Of a stretch of 20,000 nt of DNA, positions 7,611 to 15,300 are shown in pieces. The notes under the pieces are model-generated. The model saw nothing but the letters and a program-made list of their open reading frames with translations, did not search any database and was not told the DNA's origin. The first letter of the stretch is position 1, and every line of letters begins with the position of its first letter. Source of the stretch: an uncultured virus (IMG/VR IMGVR_UViG_3300015366_000220) (Duplodnaviria > Heunggongvirae > Uroviricota > Caudoviricetes). The stretch lies in IMG/VR virus record IMGVR_UViG_3300015366_000220, one strand, 5' to 3'. Made by a program: the position numbers and the translations under genes.

Positions 7611-9350
7611 TTAATAGATAGCATATAAATTTGCATGGAAGTACATTGGGGTTGAACTTGGGGTGTATGAACTCTTCACCTCAACCTGCAACTTATCCCC
7701 ATTACGGGCATCTACGTAGTAATTAACATCCCCAGTCAATTTAACTGATGCTGGTGTGCCAATATTCCATGTAAATGTGGTTAATGTTGTCCCTGCACCA
7801 TTTTTGATCGTAACAATGGCATCAGCTGAACTATATGCTTGTCCAGTATAAGCAATTGGGTATAATTCGAATTCAGATATTCTTACTGGAGGAACTTTAA
7901 CCTCATAGGTTGTTCCGGCAGCTGTATTTATGGCTAAAGTATTTGCTTCTATGGCAAAACATAGAGCATGTTTTTGTTGTGTGATATGGCGATGTATTCC
8001 AAGATGACCATATGTGGAAGAACCAAAATTCATCCACTGAGAGTCATATGCTCTATATGTACCATCTAATCCAATACCACAATTAGTGAACATAAACATA
8101 GGAGACGCACCAACATTATATGGTGCGCCAGTAACATTAAATGTGCTGGATGTGCTAGTTACAAATTCAGGCTCAATATCACAAGCATTTGCTATTATTA
8201 ATAATTCTCTTTCCGTCGCACCATTAACATTATGTGATATTCTGTAGTTTTCCATGGCAACACAGCTTCTAAGCTCAATGCATCCTGCGCCATACCAAGT
8301 AAACATTTTATATGATTCTGGTGATACGATAGAAAATCCACCCATTGAGCATGAATCGTATATTAATTTGATATATGCTGGTTCGTTTATTTTTTCCACC
8401 ATCAACGATTGTGGACGCATTTCGAATCTTGTCTGGTGGAATGTCACACATGGGAAATTACCACCACCAAATGTGTTCTGATCAGCACCAGATGGAACTT
8501 TGATCACTCTGGCATTTGGTGAATTGTCTAATGGAATAACACTACCCTGCGAATACAGGATACTTGATCCCTTTTGGAATTCAAATATTGTTCCAGTGAA
8601 ATTTTCCGTATCAGATGCATAGAATCTCCAATTCACGGATTGGTTATTGATTAATCTGAACGCACAGTCATTAAAATTCTCAAATTTGCAATTAAAGAAT
8701 GTATTTTCTGATGCATTTGCCGCACCACTAGTCGCAGTTGGCATATAAAACAATTGAGTAAAGTTTGTGAATTTACAATTGGTGAATCTCATTCCTTGAG
8801 CAGTTCCAGTACTGTTATAGTACATGAAGTTTCTATTGGTTGCTGTTTTCCATGCAGTACTATCACTGTCATTGACGTTTGTGGTGAATTGTATATCAGA
8901 GAAATCAGTGAATCCAAATATGTCATTATTGTATATGAGATAATTACCAGATCCGGTTCCTGTGAAGATTATCTGGGTGACACCTTCTTTGCCTTCTCCG
9001 GTAATTTTAAATGCACCAGCATATAATCCTTGAAATAGTGTGTTTGGTGCAGAAACTTTATATCTTCCTCTTGGGAAGTGCACATGCGCGGTATGTAATC
9101 TCCAGCCTAAACCAGTATTAAGATCGGTAGCGGGTGCTAGTGCATATGCAGCAGCAAGAGCAGATTGTATGGCTGCACTATCATCCGTAACACCATCACC
9201 TTTGGCACCATATACTTTCACATTTATGGTGGTATCTAGGGTGTATTGATTACCATTACTCACCCAAGAGGCACCATCCCACTTCCATGAATTATTTCCT
9301 GATGTGTAGGTTTGTCCTAATGATGGTCCTGCTGGGAAATTTATTGCCAT
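7611..9350 (-). CDS. Tailspike/depolymerase (579 aa): N-terminal tag, pectate-lyase-like beta-helix, C-terminal beta-sandwich
   Basis: INVKVYGAKGDGVTDDSAAIQSAL...VHFPRGRYKVS cap; repeated F(T/F)NCKF(T/E)NF beta-helix rungs; AAGGTG RBS. Confidence 0.85.
   Translation of the reverse strand: MAINFPAGPSLGQTYTSGNNSWKWDGASWVSNGNQYTLDTTINVKVYGAKGDGVTDDSAAIQSALAAAYALAPATDLNTGLGWRLHTAHVHFPRGRYKVSAPNTLFQGLYAGAFKITGEGKEGVTQIIFTGTGSGNYLIYNNDIFGFTDFSDIQFTTNVNDSDSTAWKTATNRNFMYYNSTGTAQGMRFTNCKFTNFTQLFYMPTATSGAANASENTFFNCKFENFNDCAFRLINNQSVNWRFYASDTENFTGTIFEFQKGSSILYSQGSVIPLDNSPNARVIKVPSGADQNTFGGGNFPCVTFHQTRFEMRPQSLMVEKINEPAYIKLIYDSCSMGGFSIVSPESYKMFTWYGAGCIELRSCVAMENYRISHNVNGATERELLIIANACDIEPEFVTSTSSTFNVTGAPYNVGASPMFMFTNCGIGLDGTYRAYDSQWMNFGSSTYGHLGIHRHITQQKHALCFAIEANTLAINTAAGTTYEVKVPPVRISEFELYPIAYTGQAYSSADAIVTIKNGAGTTLTTFTWNIGTPASVKLTGDVNYYVDARNGDKLQVEVKSSYTPSSTPMYFHANLYAIY
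9261..9350 (-). repeat. Dispersed 90-bp N-terminal cassette, copy in the 579-aa gene
   Basis: Encodes MAINFPAGPSLGQTYTSGNNSWKWDGASWV. Confidence 0.9.
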
Positions 9351-9359
9351 ATTACACCT

Positions 9360-12300
9360 TTATACCTGAATCCACTGAGAGCTAGTAACAGACCTACAGA
9401 AACGAAGTATCTGTCCTGCTGCCATATTTATGTTAGATGAACCCGTTAATCTGAATGTATCTGCTCCGGAAGCAGAATGTACTATGGTTAAATTATCATT
9501 ACCCGCTTCAATTAATAAGTCACCATTTCTAGATAAATCAGCAGAAGTAAAGGTCGCTTTATTTACAGTTGTACCTGATGATGCTGGAGTGACTGTGACT
9601 TTAGTATATCCAGTAACATCTATAGTCTGATTTGTTCCAGAAGGAGTAAATGCTGATGGAGTTCCATATTTCATTGTTCCAGTAACAAATTTACCTGCTT
9701 GTATTGATCCAACAGAAAACGCAGATACCCCAGAATCATATGTTGTTCCTATGCGTGGTATTGTATATGTTCCACCACCAGAATAATATGTGGATATTCC
9801 AGCAGCGTAAAATGCTCCGGTGGTATCGACAAATGATCCATTAACGCTAGAATATAAGTATGGGGTGTATGCGGATAATGTACCATCTCCATTAGGAACA
9901 CCGCTACCATTAAATATTGTAGCCACGTTTAATTTTATCGGATTATATACTCCATATGTACCATTAGTTGCGCTTAATCCGGTGTAATTAGATTGTCCTC
10001 TAGCTGTAATATATGATTCGAAGGAACTTGACATTCCTGCTCTATCTATTTTTCCACCATTAAATTCGACAATTTTATACGCAGTCTGTAATCTAACTCC
10101 ACATTTAGTGAAATGTTCAATGTTGCAGTTTGTCAATAATACTTCGCAATAGCTAGTAGTTATATACGAAGTCATGCTTTGGGATACATATGTTCCACCA
10201 ACAGTAACAGTATACACTAATGGGTTTCCACCAACATTAGTCGCAGTAATTTTACCTAAACTTGTACCATCAGACGATCTCACCCATTCATCCACGCTTA
10301 ATGATCCAGAAGATAATGTTAATGTTGTTCCTGTGCAAGAAGCAGTAAATCTTTTGTTTATGAAATCTGCTTGGAAACCATCAGTTGAGGTTGGATCTTG
10401 ATTAAATACTCCCCAATAATCGCCTTGGTTTAGCCCATTACATCCAATCAAGTTAGTAACACCATCGAGACGATATCCGGCTTTTCCTGTACCACACACT
10501 GCGGCATAGCAGTTCAACCAGACACAAGTGTTACTGCAACTTACTCTAAATGAGTGTCCATTTGTAGAACTGGCAACAATACTGTCGAATTTATTAGAGA
10601 ACCCACCATTAATATAGAACGCATCGCCTTTTGATCTGATGGCTAATCTCTCAAACCTAGAGTTATAAACATCAACTAATCCAAGATCTACTCCAATACC
10701 AGTATTTCCCCCACTCCATATACCAGTATTATTATCATACACAGTATCACCATCATATATCGCAAAATCTCTCCAGTGGCTATTGAATGATGCAGTACTT
10801 TCTGGGACAGCTTTAAATATCGAATAACCTGCGTATCCAGTAAATTTAGCCACAAATTGGGTGTTTTGAACCCCATCACCATATATATTGCATGTGTAAT
10901 TCGGGAAAATTATTGGTTTTGTAAGTAAATATGTCCCAGCCGGAGCATATGCAGCAGAAACTCTTGCTCCAGTTGTAGCAGATGAACTGGTCGAATGGTA
11001 ATTCACCCATGCTTGAACAGCATCAGTATCATTGTTTATTCCATCTGCAAATGCACCGAAATCTTGTGGGGTTACTGCTCCATGCTCTGGCGCAAAGGTA
11101 ACATGTCCACCCCAAGTGTTGCAGTAAATAAATCTGTTATTTTTTCTTACGACATTTTCAACTCTATCGAGAGTACACATTCCACCAATATTATTGGTTA
11201 TTGTGATGTTTTGTGGGTAAGAAGTATCAGCATAACCCCAAACAAGCACCCCATTTCCACCATGACTTATATTCCCATCAATAAGAACATTACATGGAAT
11301 TATATCTCCCATGGTTAATCCTTTATCTGGTGCTTGTTGTAATCCAACAACGCTTATCGCTGTGGGGAATCCACGCCCAAGATTACTCTTCATTGTATTA
11401 TGAGCCACAACAGAATCTGTTCCTATACCATAAAGATCAATAATACCATCGATTACTGTATTGTTGATTATTTTGTTTCTTCTAACATCAGTTTCGATTG
11501 TAACAAGATCACCAGCAGTAACTTTTCTAAATTGTGTATTATACCACCATTGCTGACCACCACTGAAATCATCACCTAACGTAACTGTATTACTAGTTGA
11601 TGCTGTGATTTTAAATGACTGTCCCTTTAAGCTACCAGATAAGAATTTTAATACTCGTCCTTTGACTATATCAGTTGCGCCTATCGTATTAGATAAAGTG
11701 ACAACATTTGCGCTTACTGGATTGATACTGGACGCTACAGTAGTACTACTCATATAAGCCGCACCACCACCATCAAAGCTTATCCCTTCTTCTGAGCTGA
11801 ACGAACATATATTATCCGAAATAATATTGTCGGTCATAGGAATATCATAATATGTGTGGGTTATAGGTGCTGGCATAAAGATAATATTAACATGCCCACC
11901 AGTTATCCTATTATTCTTGATTACATTCCTTGATCCACCCAAAAATGCAACTGCCCACATGCGAGGATGATTCGTTAATGTTATATTGGACGTTGATAGG
12001 AATGCTTCTTGCGCCTCACCATAATTAGCATTGTATGATCCTTGTGCCACTGCGGTAATTACCATACCAACTTTGTATGTGATGCCAGATGTACCCACTA
12101 TTGTATTCCAATTTGCTTGTGCACCACTATCTGATCCTATATCAGTAATTCTATATGTTTTACCGACCACAAATTGGTTTATTGATGAATCAGTGCCTGG
12201 TTTTATTATTGCTTTATAAATCCCCTGATCATCTTTCCCATACCTAAGTTTGTATTTGTATGGGGCTGATATTGGACATACGCCATCATATGTCAATGTG

Positions 12301-15300
12301 ACGTTGCCATTTGTCGCTGATCCAGATAAATGTGTTGGGGCTGTTGTGCTAAGTTTAGCATCACCAGTAACTGCGGTAACCCTATAATAATGTCTTGTTC
12401 CGCTAATAACAGCATCACTAATGATACTATCCCCATACTTCATTGCTGATCCTGTGCACCAATTCCATGGATATGACCAAATAATACCTACCCACTCACC
12501 TTTATCGGTATATAAATTGGTGTTGTATGGTCTTAATAGGGAATTTGTGGTTACAGTCAATCCGGCAAATTCATCAGATGTATTTGTTGTGATTGTACCA
12601 TTGGTATTTGTTATTGTGGCTGAAATCTGGCTAGTTATATCCCAATCATTACCAGACACCTCAGAATCATCGGTTGCTGCAATATATGCCAATGCTTTAG
12701 GATAGTCTGGGTTGATTGATCCGCGCTTATTGTTCTTTATTTTTATTCTTTGTGGATATGTCTCATGGAAACCAACACCAGTACTAATATCATATGTAGG
12801 TTCGTGGTTGAGAACATTTACTGCCACATCTTGCCAGTTGTAGTTTAGATTCGTGACTGGATCATTTTGTCTATTCCAATCAAACGTGTTGTTAATGACA
12901 TGCCAGTCATTCTTATTATAATAAGAATTCAGAGTCACATCAATCAACGTTAATCCATTGACAATGGTGCCATTACCAAGATGTAGGTATATTGAACTTG
13001 TGGCTGTGATTGTACCACCACCAGTAATTTCTATGTTGTCTGGAAGTGTCACATCAGATGTTAATTTGATAGTTAATGTTGGTTTGATTATTAATTTATT
13101 GATGCCAGATGTACGGACAAAATCAAGTGCTTGTTGGAAGAATGGAGTGTCATCACTGACACCATCACCCTTAACACCAAATTGTTCTATAGAAACATGT
13201 GGTTTATTGACGAATCCACCAAAAGTCGAACCCAATAATAATGAATTTAAATCCATCCATTCATTTGATTCTTCTGTCACATTTGTAACATTACCCAAAT
13301 AACATGAACCACCACGATTTCCTGTGATAGTTACATTTTTCATTTTATATGCAGATGCACCAAAAGTATCTACTTTGATACTATTCAAACCAGTATATTT
13401 GTTATTGGTAATGATTACATTATATGGATTTATCGCACCAACAGCACTACCCAGCACAGTACTTGTCCTTGATGCTGTTGCTGTTGGCAATCCAACTACA
13501 GCTATACCATATACACCACCACCATTTAAACTTGGCACATTGCTTAACATTATTGTGTTGCCATCAATGATAGTATCCGCACCACTACCCCAACATGATA
13601 TACCTGCTGTGCCAGCATTGAGCGTATTGATAATGCTATTGTTTATTATTCTGTTTCTGCGCATATCAATTTCAAGAGTAATCACATCCCCAATAGCAAC
13701 ATCATATCCATATGATAATCCGGGGAAGTCATCGCCTAATTGAATCGAATTTGCGGCAGCGGAATATATAATGCTGAACGATTTACCTTTAAGTCTACCA
13801 CTCATGAATGTGGCAACTAAGCCAATAACCTCACCCGCATCTGATCCACGATTATCTGCCATAGTTAACACTACAGGATATCCACCACCAGAATTGGAAT
13901 TGGTTACAGTTGTTGTCATGTAAACTGCACCATATGATGCATTACCACGACAATCTATACCGATACTTTCTTCATTGATTTCTTTTATAGTATTATTGGA
14001 AATGATATTATCTGTAATAGGTGTACGGGATACATTAGTATTAGGCATCAATATAACACCAGTAATACCACCAATGAATGTATTGTTTGTTATTATGTTT
14101 CTTGACCCACCACCCAAATAGACACCAGAACTGTAATTGGTACGAGCAAATATGGTAACATTTGTTCTATTTGTTATTGTGTTTGGATTACTATCTGCCA
14201 CAACTGTCCATGTATTATCGCCTGTTTTTGCAGTAATAATACCAATATGAGTTCCATCGGATAGATATAGTCTTAAATTATTGTTTGGATTTAATGATGG
14301 CGCACCAACAGTGGTTAATGTGCCAGTTGATGTTGGAGATCCAGCAGTCAAGTTACAATTATATAAGGATATCGCACCATTATCCCAATAGTTATTAGAT
14401 ACATCAGAATCATACATGGTATCAGCATATATGAACATTATTGGTGTACCCGTGATCTTTTTATTTCCACTTATTGTTAATCTTTTTGGTCCAGTCCCAA
14501 ATCCAGCATTTATATTGATTGCTCTATCTATAGTCAAATATGCCTGATTGTATTCAAATGTGTTATCTGTAATTGATATGTCATTTTGATCATATGGTAT
14601 ATCCAATGCCATATCTTTTAGATACATGTTGGATACTTTAGAACCAGTGTTTAAGTGTATCCAGCGTGTTCCACCGGATTGAAGTGACGTTATTCTTCCA
14701 CCATAAATCTCAACTCCACTTGGAATTGTAATATGAGAGCTTACTGCGCAATCTCCATCAATTCTAATACGCTTGTTATTAGAGTTGGCTGCTGCGGATA
14801 GAGCAGTATTAATTGCCACAGTATCATCAGATATACCATCACCAATAGCACCAAAATCTTTTGTCGATATGCTTCTATCAGCTGTTATTTTCATATGCAC
14901 AGTTGATAATGTTGATCCGCTGCTTGGGTTATTTGCAGTTGAGTATCGTGCGAAGTTGTTTCCATATTGCAAGAAATCAGTTAATGGTCCAAGCAGACAA
15001 TAACTTCCTTTGTTATTGACGAGTGTGATATTTCGCATTTGTGCACTCGCTTCAGACGTACCGAAATCATTAATGGAATAGAATGCTATTGACCCACTGA
15101 CGATATTATCAGAAACGATTAAATTAGATGGAGCAAGATAACAATAGTGTCCACCAAGAAGTGTGCTGTTTTTTACAGCATAAGTAAACATAGATGTAAT
15201 ATCAATTCCGGATCCTGTATATGGATATGATCCATATTTGCTTCCAATAAGGGTATTGTGTGATATTTGGCTATCAGATCCAATTCCCCATAATGTTATG

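Noticed and set aside
7596..7615. AT-only 14-bp palindromes as a terminator or operator
   Set aside because: No GC stem or U-tract; expected by chance in AT-only sequence
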